Shown one piece after another: positions 1 to 9,339 of a DNA stretch of 64,000 nt (position 1 is the stretch's first letter; every line of letters begins with the position of its first letter). The translations under genes and the position numbers were made by a program. The notes below the pieces were generated by a model. It was not told where the DNA came from. It was given only the letters and a program-made list of their open reading frames with translations, and did not search any database. Source of the stretch: Bacteroidota bacterium. GTDB taxonomy: Bacteria > Bacteroidota > Bacteroidia > Chitinophagales > Saprospiraceae. The DNA is taken from positions 309 to 64,308 of the forward strand of contig JAAAOU010000364.1 of the NCBI GenBank assembly GCA_009908745.1, read 5' to 3'.

Positions 1-482
1 AAGTTGCGGCGGGCGGGCACGTTGAAAAAGAGGTTTTTCACCGAAAAGGTAGTGCCCCGGGCACATTGGCAGGCTTCTTGGTTTTTGACCTCCGAGCCTT
101 CCAGTACCAGGCGGCTACCCAGTTCGTCGGAGTGGCGGCGGGTACGCAGCTCTACGTGCGCTATGGCCGCTATGGAGGCTAGTGCCTCTCCACGGAACCC
201 CATGGTGCGTATGGAGAATAGATCGTTGGCCTGGCGGATTTTGGAGGTGGCGTGGCGCTCGAAAGCCATGCGGGCGTCCGTTTCGGACATGCCGCAGCCG
301 TCGTCGATAACTTGGATGAGGGCTTTGCCAGCGTCTTTGACGACCAGCCGGATGTTGCTCGCGCCAGCGTCAATGGCATTTTCCATCAATTCCTTAACGA
401 CAGATGCCGGCCGCTGAATGACCTCTCCGGCAGCAATTTGATTGGCAATAGCGTCGGGCAGCAGCTGAATGATATCAGCCAT
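1..482 (-). CDS. mutL: DNA mismatch repair protein MutL, N-terminal part (runs off the window edge)
   Basis: Manual minus-strand translation from the ATG at 482: [41 protein letters not shown]...DDGCGM...FERHATSKI...[12 protein letters not shown]...LFFNVPARR. These are the GHKL ATPase motifs of MutL. Not in the ORF track. Confidence 0.97.
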   Translation of the reverse strand, partial: MADIIQLLPDAIANQIAAGEVIQRPASVVKELMENAIDAGASNIRLVVKDAGKALIQVIDDGCGMSETDARMAFERHATSKIRQANDLFSIRTMGFRGEALASIAAIAHVELRTRRHSDELGSRLVLEGSEVKNQEACQCARGTTFSVKNLFFNVPARRN

Positions 483-530
483 ATTGGAGACTTTCGGGTG
501 TTGGTTAAATAATCGGCTTCATCAATGGCA

Positions 531-854
531 TTATCCGCCCAGCGAAGCAGCTATGCCGGGCAAATATACCGTCAAAAACATGTAAGACAAAAGCAGCAAC
601 ACCACGATCACGCCCAGCAGCACCAAGTTGGAACGCATGGCTTGCTGTTTGCGGAAGCGCGTGTTGCGCCCCTGCTCGTAACCCCGGCGGAAACCACCCG
701 ACAAGCGGGCTTTGATGGCTTCCGGGTCGCCTTTTTTCATGTTCTCTACCCGTTCTAGCCGTTCTTTCAGCTCTTCTTCCTTCGGGTCCCAGAAGCGCGG
801 CTTGTACTCGTACTGCTGGTGCTTGGGGATTCTAGTAAATCTCAGGAATGCCAT
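531..854 (-). CDS. Conserved Bacteroidota hypothetical membrane protein upstream of mutL
   Basis: 107-aa ORF with N-terminal PKHQQYEYKPRFWDP and a C-terminal hydrophobic helix; co-oriented with mutL. Confidence 0.75.
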   Translation of the reverse strand: MAFLRFTRIPKHQQYEYKPRFWDPKEEELKERLERVENMKKGDPEAIKARLSGGFRRGYEQGRNTRFRKQQAMRSNLVLLGVIVVLLLLSYMFLTVYLPGIAASLGG

Positions 855-1162
855 GATACGTCAAATTGTGTGATGATGCAAAATACGATTTTGCCTGCTG
901 TTTGCCTAGTTTTTAAAGAACAAGCTTTGCGGCAAAAAAGTTAGTATGCCGGTGCCGAGACAGATGCGCAATCGTCGGCTCTTGGCGTGCTAGCCCGGAG
1001 TTATCTAGAAAACGACAGCGTTCGGCTAAAATATTTGCAAAAGTGGCACTTTGACTGGTTTATTGTGGGGGGCTGGCCAAATTGGGCGAAAAGCAAGCTT
1101 TAAGAAGCCCTCTGCCCAACTTTGTCAATCTTTATCCGACTAACTAACTGAAAAAACGTGTC

Positions 1163-3793
1163 ATGAAGACAGGAATCACCCTTTTACTCGCTCTTTGCTT
1201 AACCACTGGCCTCTTGGCGCAAGCCGGCGTTTCCGGCACGGTGTACAGCGCCTCGGGGGAGCCACTGCCCTTTGCCTCCATATTCGTAAAGGAAACAGGC
1301 AGCGGCACCACCACCAACGCGCAGGGCAAGTACGAAATCCGGCTCGGCAAAGGCGATTACACCCTGGTTTTCCAGTACCTGGGCTACGAAACCCAGTCTA
1401 AGCAGGTCACCGTAGGCCGGCAATTCGAGCAGCTCAACGTCACACTGAGCGAGCAAGCCTTGGAATTACAGGAGGTGGACGTGCTTTCGGGCCGGGAAGA
1501 CCCCGCCTACACCGTTATGCGCAAAGCCATTGCCAAAGCCAGCTACCACCGCGAGCAAGTCGAAACCTACACCGCGGAAGTGTACATCAAGGGCACCGGC
1601 CGGGTCAAGGAAGTATCCTGGCTGTTTGAGGATGCCCTAGAGGAGGCTGGCGTGGACTCTTCTACTGTATTCACCACCGAGTCTGTAAGCGAAGTCAGCT
1701 ACCAACGCCCCAATACCTTCAAAGAGCGCGTCATTTCGGTTTACACCACCGGGTCTGACCAAGGCAGTGTTTCCCCCAACGCTTACATCAACGGCAGTTT
1801 TTACCAGCCGAAGATTGGCGAAGCGATCTCGCCGCTGTCCCCCCGGGCGTTTGCCTACTACCGGTTTGAGTTTGAAGGTTTTTTCATGGACCGCGGCTAC
1901 GGCGTCAACAAAATCAAGGTCATCCCACGTAGCAAAGGCGACGGCGTATTCGAGGGGACCCTCTATATTGTGGAAGACCTTTGGAGCATCTACAGCCTGG
2001 ATTTGACGAGCTTCAACCAAGGTTTTTCTATCAACGTGGGGCAAACCTTCGCCCCGGTGCAGGAAGAAGTGTGGATGCCGGTCACCCAAACGTACGATAT
2101 TGCAGGGAGCATCATGGGCTTCACCATCGAATTCCGCTATTTGGCTACCGCCAGCGACTACCAGATCACGCTTAACCCTGATTTGAAAGCGGAATTCACC
2201 GTCATAGATGAAAAAATAGAAACGGAGCGGGCGGCCGAAGTGGAGGCCCGCGAAAAACCCGAAGGGGATACGCCGGAGGAGCGCCTGGCCCGTGGGGAAG
2301 AAATCACCCGCAAAGACCTAAGGAAGCTGATGCGAAAGTACCGCAAGGCAGAACGCAAAGAACAAGCAGAACCCGAAGTGGTCGAAAACCGCGAGTACAC
2401 CGTTGACTCTTCCGCCTACAAGCGCGACTCCCTGTACTGGGAAAAAATCCGCCCCGTGCCCCTCACGCCGCTGGAAGTGAAAAGCTACGAAAGGCGGGAT
2501 AGCATCGCCGCTGCTGAGGCAGAGGAAGAGGATGGGGAGGAATCGGATGAGGTTGATTTGAGTGGTATGGGCATGATGATCGGGAGCAAGTACGACGTTA
2601 GCGAAAGCGTCACCTTTTCCCATTCTTCCCCATTCACCATGATCTTGTTCAATCCGGTGGAAGGCTTCAGTCTGCATAGTGACTTATCGCTGGCGGTGCA
2701 GCCCAATGACAACCGCTTCGCATTTACCGCCACGCCCCGCTATGCCTTTGCCCGGAAAAAATTTACCGGCAAAGGCGAGCTGTCTTATACCTACGGTGCC
2801 CAAAGAAATCAGCACCAAACCCGGCTGGAGGGCGGCCGCTACATCTACCAGTACAATGCCGAAAACCCTATCAGTTTTGGGTTTAGCAGCTACGTCAACC
2901 TCTTCCGCGACCTCAACTACATCCGGCTGTACGAAAAAGACTACTTGCAGCTGCAGCACAAGCAAGTCTTGGCCCCCAACTGGTCGGTTACCTTGGGCGG
3001 CGAATGGGCCAACCGCTACCGGCTGGACAATAACACCACCCAAGTGTGGTTCAACGAGGAAGGCCAGCAGTACGCCTCTAACTACCCGGTGAGCCGGGAG
3101 CTGGGCCTGTCAGGTTTGCCGGATGAAGAACGCGCCTTCGTGCTGTCGGCGGAAATTGAGGCCAAACCCTGGCAGAAGTACCGTATCTACAACGGGGAGC
3201 GCATAGAAGTCGACCAGACCTCCCCCACCTTGCATCTTGCCTACCGACAGGGCCTCAGCGGTGTAGAGGGCAGCGTGACGGACTACAGCTATCTCGAGGC
3301 AGGCATTACCCACCGCTTCGATGTGGGGGCGGGAAGCAGGCTGGATATGCGCGTGGAAGGCGGCTTGTTCCTGCAGGATGACTACGTAGGCTTTGCCGAC
3401 TACCGGCATTTCCAAGGCAATGAGCTGACTTTGGTCACGGCGGACCCAGTGGCGAGCTACCGCCTTTTGCCTTACTACGGCTACAGCACACGGGACCGCT
3501 TTGCGTCTGCTTTCTTGCACTACCAGTTCCGGCAGTTGCTCGTGACTCAAATCCCCACCGTGTGGATGCTGGGGATAAAGGAAAATGTATTCGCCAATGC
3601 ATTGACTACGCCGGAAAGCGGCACTTACTACGAGCTGGGCTATTCCATCGATAATATCCTGCGCTTCCTGCGGGTAGAGGTGGCTTTTTCCTTTGACGAT
3701 AATGGCTACCGGGAGTGGGGGATTTTGGTAGGTATTGCGTCGAGCTTTTCAGGGGCGTTGGATGGATCGGGCGGCTCAATTAGTATCGAATGA
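1163..3793 (+). CDS. Carboxypeptidase-regulatory-like domain + DUF5686 outer-membrane protein
   Basis: Signal peptide, then VSGTV...GEPLPFASIFVK...GTTTNAQGKY (CarboxypepD_reg-like), then a long beta-barrel-like region; 876 aa. Confidence 0.85.
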   Translation: MKTGITLLLALCLTTGLLAQAGVSGTVYSASGEPLPFASIFVKETGSGTTTNAQGKYEIRLGKGDYTLVFQYLGYETQSKQVTVGRQFEQLNVTLSEQALELQEVDVLSGREDPAYTVMRKAIAKASYHREQVETYTAEVYIKGTGRVKEVSWLFEDALEEAGVDSSTVFTTESVSEVSYQRPNTFKERVISVYTTGSDQGSVSPNAYINGSFYQPKIGEAISPLSPRAFAYYRFEFEGFFMDRGYGVNKIKVIPRSKGDGVFEGTLYIVEDLWSIYSLDLTSFNQGFSINVGQTFAPVQEEVWMPVTQTYDIAGSIMGFTIEFRYLATASDYQITLNPDLKAEFTVIDEKIETERAAEVEAREKPEGDTPEERLARGEEITRKDLRKLMRKYRKAERKEQAEPEVVENREYTVDSSAYKRDSLYWEKIRPVPLTPLEVKSYERRDSIAAAEAEEEDGEESDEVDLSGMGMMIGSKYDVSESVTFSHSSPFTMILFNPVEGFSLHSDLSLAVQPNDNRFAFTATPRYAFARKKFTGKGELSYTYGAQRNQHQTRLEGGRYIYQYNAENPISFGFSSYVNLFRDLNYIRLYEKDYLQLQHKQVLAPNWSVTLGGEWANRYRLDNNTTQVWFNEEGQQYASNYPVSRELGLSGLPDEERAFVLSAEIEAKPWQKYRIYNGERIEVDQTSPTLHLAYRQGLSGVEGSVTDYSYLEAGITHRFDVGAGSRLDMRVEGGLFLQDDYVGFADYRHFQGNELTLVTADPVASYRLLPYYGYSTRDRFASAFLHYQFRQLLVTQIPTVWMLGIKENVFANALTTPESGTYYELGYSIDNILRFLRVEVAFSFDDNGYREWGILVGIASSFSGALDGSGGSISIE

Positions 3794-4037
3794 CAAAAGG
3801 CGACCAATTTGCCGATGCACGACGGCGAATCAGCTGCTTTGGCCTCTTAGGTCGAAAGGGTTTTATGGTGTGATTGTCGACCGGAGGTGGAGCAGCTGAA
3901 TCTAGCTTCGGTGGTGGGCGGCTCCACGCAGCGCATTTTAGGCGGCACATTCCCTTTGCCGGCTAAATTATATGTCAACGCCAGTCCGATCTGGTCGCAG
4001 TGAATAAGCGCAACGCTACAGGGTAAACATCAACGCT

Positions 4038-4078
4038 TTGTAGTTCCACGCAACGCCCCACTTTTGACCACGAAGGAC
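4038..4078 (+). repeat. Imperfect ~40-bp direct repeat, copy 1 (copy 2 at 4434-4475)
   Basis: ccccacttttgaccacgaaggac is identical at 4056-4078 and 4453-4475, with similar ttgtagt..cc.ac.ca.cg upstream in both copies. Confidence 0.8.
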
Positions 4079-4122
4079 CCCGCTACAGACGCTTACGGTC
4101 TGCACAGGTGCGCGGTGGACGC
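4079..4122 (+). repeat. 44-bp dispersed element, copy 1 of 3
   Basis: cccgctacagacgcttacggtctgcacaggtgcgcggtggacgc; contains the small hairpins cagac/gtctg and gcac/gtgc. Confidence 0.9.
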
Positions 4123-4243
4123 TAAACATTCGTGACTATAAGCTCTGCTTCATCCCACGCTGCAAGACGGCTGTGCCGTCGCGCAGTTATTATAGAAAAC
4201 ACAACTAAAGCAGTTTGCAACTGCGGCAACCTAAAATTCAACA

Positions 4244-4318
4244 CCCGCTACAGACGCTTACGGTCTGCACAGGTGCGCGGTGGACGCCAAGCATTCATGT
4301 ACTTTCGTGTAATTGGTG
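4244..4318 (+). repeat. 44-bp dispersed element, copy 2, with degenerate decamer tail
   Basis: 4244-4287 is identical to 4079-4122, followed by gcattcatgt-actttcgtgt-aattggtg. Confidence 0.9.
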
Positions 4319-4582
4319 CCTGAGGCGCTGCATCGTCTCCGTAGGGTCCTGATAGGTTTTACTTCGTCAGGGAGGGGCTAAAAACACCGAGCAAGAAAGA
4401 GGCACGCTTAGCAATCAGGAAGATACTTTCCTGTTGTAGTCCTACACAGCGCCCCCACTTTTGACCACGAAGGACTCCGTGCCACTCCGCCTTCATGCAA
4501 GGCATTTTGCATTACGCATTCTACATGCCTTCGCCCATGCGGGCTACAGCGTACGAGGCATTTTTCAGTTACAGGAGGGTTC

Positions 4583-4646
4583 ACGCTACTCCGATAGTGA
4601 CCGGAGCCAAGCAGCGAAGGCACGCCACTCCGATAGTGATCGGAGC
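4583..4646. repeat. Two tandem REP-like hairpins (39-bp period)
   Basis: actccgatagtgaccggagc (4588-4607) and actccgatagtgatcggagc (4627-4646); stem ctccgat/atcggag with loop agtg. Confidence 0.75.
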
Positions 4647-4759
4647 AAAGGCACGCGTAGTACAGTGCGCAACTTGGTGCAACGCCCCATTGAGTAAACG
4701 CCAACACCGTAGTACGCAACCCCGTAGCGGGAATCCCGCTTGTTGTTAAACAGGCTGAA

Positions 4760-7315
4760 TTACTCCTCAACAATCAGAAGCTTCCCCCTTTGTAGCAAAC
4801 GGCCTTCGTACTGCAGTTTCCAAAAGTAGCTGCCCCTGCCTAGAGGAGGCAACTGTAGCCGGGCCTCTATAGCGCCCCCGGTCGTCTGTATGGGGCTATT
4901 GTATACCATCTGCCCCAGTGTGTTGTACAGGGAGAAGCGCAACGGTTGGTTGGTTTCGGGTAACCCGCTCGCTCGTAATTGCAACCAAGAGGAAGCAGGG
5001 TTAGGGAAAACGGCGATTTCCACTGGGCTGTCGAAAGGATGTAGCCCATTAGACAAGTCAATCGTGAAATCGAAAACGGTTTGACAGCCGGTAATGTCTG
5101 TGAGAGTCAAGCTGTATGAGCCCGGTGACAAATCACCAATAAGCGAGGCCGTATCCCCATTGCTCCATTCGTATTGGAATGGGGGTGTGCCATTTTGAAT
5201 GTCTGTGATTTCAATAGACCCACCTTCGTCAGGTGTAGCTTGGGTGATGGAGGACATAATCAAGATAGAATCAGCTTCAGGTACGCTTATCAGTAAAGTA
5301 TCCTTACACAAACTACTATCGGTAACGACTAATTGATAGTCCCCTGCTATGAGGCTATTAAAATCAGCATTGATGACAAAGCCTATGTCTAGTGCCGTAA
5401 GCTCGTATTCATAAGGGGGGATGCCAGCTGTAGTCACAGCGAAGCCCCCATCAAACCGGCCCGGGCAGGTAGGGGCAAAAAGGCTGTCTAAGTTCATTGC
5501 AATTCCCATCGCCTCATACGCACCCATATCTACGGCTGCGCCAAGTTTGCGCGGGCCTCCGGCTAGGTCAGTAGTGAGATTTAATGCCTGGACGACGGAG
5601 TCTAGACCGATATCCCTGGCCAATGCACAGGAAGACAGGCGGTAGTCCCCGTCTTCAGGATTTACCAAGCCTGCCTGAGCATCGTACAGCATACCCTGCC
5701 CACAAGCGTCTTCCCCACCCGGCATATCGCAATTTGGCGCACTTACTACGCTGTGGCTGATGATGTATTCATAAAGGTTGTCTTCCACGCCTTCCAGTAT
5801 ACCATTGAGCAGGTGCTCCCGCATGGAAGAGGTGCCTTGCTGCTGGAAAATACAGTTATGAACGTAAGTACGGTTGAAGAAGCCTTCTGCTTCATTGAAG
5901 TCGGGGGACCAGTTTTTGCCAATATCAAAGCCGCCATTTTCGTAAAATGTACAGTTGATAAAGCTGGAAATGGTGTAACCTTGCCCGCTCGTTATAGAAG
6001 CAGCTCCCCCATTACGAGCAAAAACACAATTGGTGAAGGTGTTATAGTTTTCATTGAATACAAAAGACCAGCCCCTTATACCGATGGCTCCACCCAAATC
6101 TGCAGAGCCGAAGTTTCTAGTAAAGATACAGTTGTTAAAGCGGCAGTTGGATTTCTGGTTCTCTCCTTTTTCTATGGAAATACCAGCCCCTCTTTGGGTG
6201 CGCTCATTGCCCGTAAAAACGCAATTATTCACATTCAGGTTCGTCCAAGAGTCTCCATTGAACTCAATAGATACCCCACCTCCCGTATTTTCTTCAAATA
6301 AGCTATTCGTTATGGATAAGGTAACGGTGTCTTCTCCGTAAGGGGTAGAATGGAAAAGCAATCCCCCTCCTTCAAAGGAGTAGTTTTGGTCAAACCAGCT
6401 GTCCTCTATAATCAGTTCACCCTTGTTTGTCGTGAACAAAAAAGCTAACGCCCCCCCTCCTGGGTTGCATTCATTCAGTAGGAAGTAGCCGTCTTGAATG
6501 ATCATGACTTGACTGAGATTAGACCATTCAACGGCACCGCCAGACAGGGGGGCTGTATTATAAGCAAAACCAGTATTGATGATGCGAACCGTATCGTTTG
6601 CGCCGTTGTCATCAGACCGGTAGATAGCCCCACCGCTGCTGCTGGCTTCATTGTAGGAGAAATAGGAGCGTGTAATGTGGGGCGTGATCCCAAAGCCTGT
6701 AGGGCTATTAAAAGCCAGTGCCCCCCCAAAGACCGCTTTACAATCGCTGAATAGGCAATCGTTCAAAATGATTTTCTTGTCGGAAGAAGCAGTATCGCTA
6801 GTCGTGACAAAAAGGCCACCGCCGAAGCGACGGTCAAAATCACTTCCATCTGCATTACCATTTTGAATGTACACGCCATCCAGGATGGTGTGCTCATCAG
6901 GGTCGATTGCTTTAAGTACATGATAAGAATTGTCGCTGTCGTCTTCCGGTATGCCAATATCACCGTTGAGAAAAGTGGGGTTGAATAGAAAGTTGCGCTG
7001 CGAAAAGAGTATTTCCCAGCCCAAAAAACCGCCGTAAATCTGCACGCCGGGTTGTAGCTCAAAGCTTGCGTCGCGGTCCGTGCCGGCTGTTGGGTAGTAG
7101 GTCCCTTCTGCCAGCCAAATGCTGTCGCCGTACTCGGCAATGGCAAGGGCTTGCGTCAATTTTGGAAAGGCGGTCGACCAGCTCTGGCCATCGTAGGGCG
7201 GTGTGGTATTGCTTTGCGAAACGTAAATACGGCCGGCGTACACAAGCGTGAACTGGAAGGAGAGTAGTAAGAATAGAAAGAGTTTGTAGTGTTTGCTTTT
7301 CATGGGATTATGCAT
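4760..7315 (-). CDS. T9SS-secreted protein: right-handed beta-helix (Pmp-like GGA/FxxN repeats), choice-of-anchor-Q-like segment, SprB repeats, C-terminal T9SS type A sorting domain
   Basis: Signal peptide; DGQSWSTAF...GDSIWLAEGTYYP; repeated GGAL/GGAI/GGGL + F..N; DLAGGPRKLGAAVDMGAYE; YEWSNG...LSPGSYSLTLTD; C-terminal VFPNPAS...GSYF...KLLI. Confidence 0.85.
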   Translation of the reverse strand: MHNPMKSKHYKLFLFLLLSFQFTLVYAGRIYVSQSNTTPPYDGQSWSTAFPKLTQALAIAEYGDSIWLAEGTYYPTAGTDRDASFELQPGVQIYGGFLGWEILFSQRNFLFNPTFLNGDIGIPEDDSDNSYHVLKAIDPDEHTILDGVYIQNGNADGSDFDRRFGGGLFVTTSDTASSDKKIILNDCLFSDCKAVFGGALAFNSPTGFGITPHITRSYFSYNEASSSGGAIYRSDDNGANDTVRIINTGFAYNTAPLSGGAVEWSNLSQVMIIQDGYFLLNECNPGGGALAFLFTTNKGELIIEDSWFDQNYSFEGGGLLFHSTPYGEDTVTLSITNSLFEENTGGGVSIEFNGDSWTNLNVNNCVFTGNERTQRGAGISIEKGENQKSNCRFNNCIFTRNFGSADLGGAIGIRGWSFVFNENYNTFTNCVFARNGGAASITSGQGYTISSFINCTFYENGGFDIGKNWSPDFNEAEGFFNRTYVHNCIFQQQGTSSMREHLLNGILEGVEDNLYEYIISHSVVSAPNCDMPGGEDACGQGMLYDAQAGLVNPEDGDYRLSSCALARDIGLDSVVQALNLTTDLAGGPRKLGAAVDMGAYEAMGIAMNLDSLFAPTCPGRFDGGFAVTTAGIPPYEYELTALDIGFVINADFNSLIAGDYQLVVTDSSLCKDTLLISVPEADSILIMSSITQATPDEGGSIEITDIQNGTPPFQYEWSNGDTASLIGDLSPGSYSLTLTDITGCQTVFDFTIDLSNGLHPFDSPVEIAVFPNPASSWLQLRASGLPETNQPLRFSLYNTLGQMVYNSPIQTTGGAIEARLQLPPLGRGSYFWKLQYEGRLLQRGKLLIVEE

Positions 7316-7370
7316 TTTTAAAAGCTAATCTGTACTGAGAGATGCCTGATTGAAATCGGTGCTCTTCAAG

Positions 7371-7553
7371 TTACACTATAATGTACTGCAATTGTTCTCG
7401 AGCTTCCTCACCAGATAATGCTTGCCCCTTGTCAGCTTGGTCCAGCCCTTTTTCAATTTTATGCAGTACCACCAGCCGCTCGACCAGGTCATCTATGCTG
7501 AATTCATCCGGCAGGGTGTCGATAACTTCTAATACTTTCGTTTTCGCTAGCAT
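7371..7553 (-). CDS. Putative type II antitoxin of the family usually paired with RelE/ParE toxins; no toxin gene follows, and the C-terminus may be truncated
   Basis: 60 aa from the ATG at 7553: MLAKTKVLEVIDTLPDEFSIDDLVERLVVLHKIEKGLDQADKGQALSGEEAREQL. This matches my recollection of the LPxxFSxDELxExLxxxxKIExGL antitoxin pattern. Confidence 0.65.
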   Translation of the reverse strand: MLAKTKVLEVIDTLPDEFSIDDLVERLVVLHKIEKGLDQADKGQALSGEEAREQLQYIIV

Positions 7554-7673
7554 CTCAAAAGGATTTCTATAAAGATAACAAGTTCTGGGCAAAAATGCAC
7601 GGGTACCTGTTGGTGTAATTTAGTGGCTAAGCAATGCGCAATATTACGCTTGGTGATAATGAAAGTCATATTG

Positions 7674-7919
7674 ATCAGCCCAATCCGTGTTTCTATCCTT
7701 GATGCGGTATGCGGCATGCACGTGGCAGTATGGTACACTGATGCAACTGATCGGACTGATAAAACTGATCTGTCCCCGCTAGAGACGCTTACGGTCTGCA
7801 CAGGTGCGCGGTGGACGGCAAGCATTCGTGTGCATTCGTGTGCATTCGTGTAATTCGTGGCAAAAAAACGTCGAGCGATCAGGAAAATAATAAAAATCAG
7901 TGCAATCCGTGTTCCTATC
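7674..7919 (+). repeat. Mosaic of short repeats including copy 3 of the 44-bp element
   Basis: atcag..caatccgtgtt.ctatc near 7674-7697 and 7896-7919; actgat 9-mers near 7746-7770; 44-bp element at 7775-7817 (one c>g change); (gcattcgtgt)x3 at 7822-7851. Confidence 0.85.
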
Positions 7920-8130
7920 TACAGCCCGTCAGGTCAAGGCTGAGCAAGGCACAGGTGTTCGGCTAGGACGGAACAGTAAGCTATTCTTGGCAAATTTTTC
8001 AATCGGGAATATGCCTTTCAATTGCAGGCCGAGACGGCTCAAAAGCCAGCTTGCTGGCGCACCAGGCGAACACGCCCTACATGCCTCGACATAGCCTAGG
8101 CCTTATACAGCAAACTAAAGAACCAAAACT

Positions 8131-9339
8131 CTACCCTTCGCGCTCACTAACTTCCATCACCGGTAAATCATAAACCACCCCATCCACCTGCAGGCGCAGC
8201 CGTTCCCCGGTAAAAGCCGCCTCGTACTGCTCGCTTTCTTCAAACAGCAAGCTGCCGATTTTCAAAAAACGCTCCCGGCTGGGCACGGCCTCGTGTTCCT
8301 GCATACGCTCGTAGCACCAGGCGAAGTAATTGGGCAGCGGCAAAGCTTGCTCTAGGGCTTGCTGGTAGTATCGGCGGTTGAAGTACACCTGCTGACTGTC
8401 CACCGCTTCGGTTTCTTCCTCGTGCAGGACAATGTCCTCGGGGCGGTGCTCAAATTGCTGCAAGAAGAGCTCCAGGCCCACGCCGATATTGCTGCCCGTA
8501 AGGCTGAATAGCCGGCGGGCGGGCATATCCGGCACCTCGTGCAGGAAGGGGCGCTCCAGAAAGTACAGCCAGCCGCTGAGGATTTCCGACTCGGTCTGCA
8601 AGCGCTCGATGAGGGGGAGCAACTCGCGGGTCACCACATGCGATTGGCGGAGGATTTTGCGCTCCGCATCCCGCAGCAGCTCGTGCAGGCGCTCTAGCCG
8701 CAGCCGGATGCCGCTGTGAGGGTGGGCGAAACGTTCTACATTGATGTAGGCAGAGATGGTGTTCAGCAGGTTAGCGATAGAGTCCTCCCGCTTGACATCG
8801 AGGATGCGGTTGAGCGGCTCGATGTAGTGTTCGATCAGGTGGCGGGCCCGGCGGACCCGCTCGCTGTAGGCCATCTCGCCCTTGTTGGCCTTGAGGTGTT
8901 GGCTGTTTTTGAGCAGCTGGCTGGTGTTGCTCTCTACATTTTCCAGAAATTGCTGCAGCTCTTGGTAGAAAGCGTCGAGCCGCTCGGCCAGGATGAGGAT
9001 GTCGCCGTCCCGGTACTCTTGGATGCGCTCGAACAGCGACTGGAACGCCAATCGGTACTTGGCCAGCTCCTCCGGCAGCAGGGGTTTAAACTCGTTGAGC
9101 AGCAAAGCCAAGAAGGCCCGCACCGGCTCGTTAAGGCGAAAGCCGCCGGACTGGGTAAGCAGCAGCTTGTAGTCCAGCGTCCGCTTGACAATAACATCTG
9201 CTTTATCCTGCGTAATCCGCTCGAAGGCGGTTTTGCTGATCAAATTGTGCTCCAACTGCACACGGTAGAACTGCTGGAAGAGCTCAAAATTATCTTCCAG
9301 AAAGCGAAGAACCCGGTCCGGTGCAGCTTTAAGTATCAT
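8131..9339 (-). CDS. mksF: MksF-like kleisin subunit of a MukBEF-like condensin
   Basis: PDRVLRFLEDNFEL, FRLNEPVRAFLALL..E, YSERVRRARHLIEHYIEPL and QALPLPNYFAW resemble Pseudomonas MksF (from memory). The start overlaps the mksB stop (ATGA at 9336-9339). Confidence 0.75.
   Translation of the reverse strand: MILKAAPDRVLRFLEDNFELFQQFYRVQLEHNLISKTAFERITQDKADVIVKRTLDYKLLLTQSGGFRLNEPVRAFLALLLNEFKPLLPEELAKYRLAFQSLFERIQEYRDGDILILAERLDAFYQELQQFLENVESNTSQLLKNSQHLKANKGEMAYSERVRRARHLIEHYIEPLNRILDVKREDSIANLLNTISAYINVERFAHPHSGIRLRLERLHELLRDAERKILRQSHVVTRELLPLIERLQTESEILSGWLYFLERPFLHEVPDMPARRLFSLTGSNIGVGLELFLQQFEHRPEDIVLHEEETEAVDSQQVYFNRRYYQQALEQALPLPNYFAWCYERMQEHEAVPSRERFLKIGSLLFEESEQYEAAFTGERLRLQVDGVVYDLPVMEVSEREG

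Noticed and set aside
4079-7817. 44-bp element as a CRISPR repeat or integron attC
   Set aside because: The spacing is irregular (165 bp, then ~3.5 kb), there is no cas or intI gene, and no clear RYYYAAC/GTTRRRY box pair.
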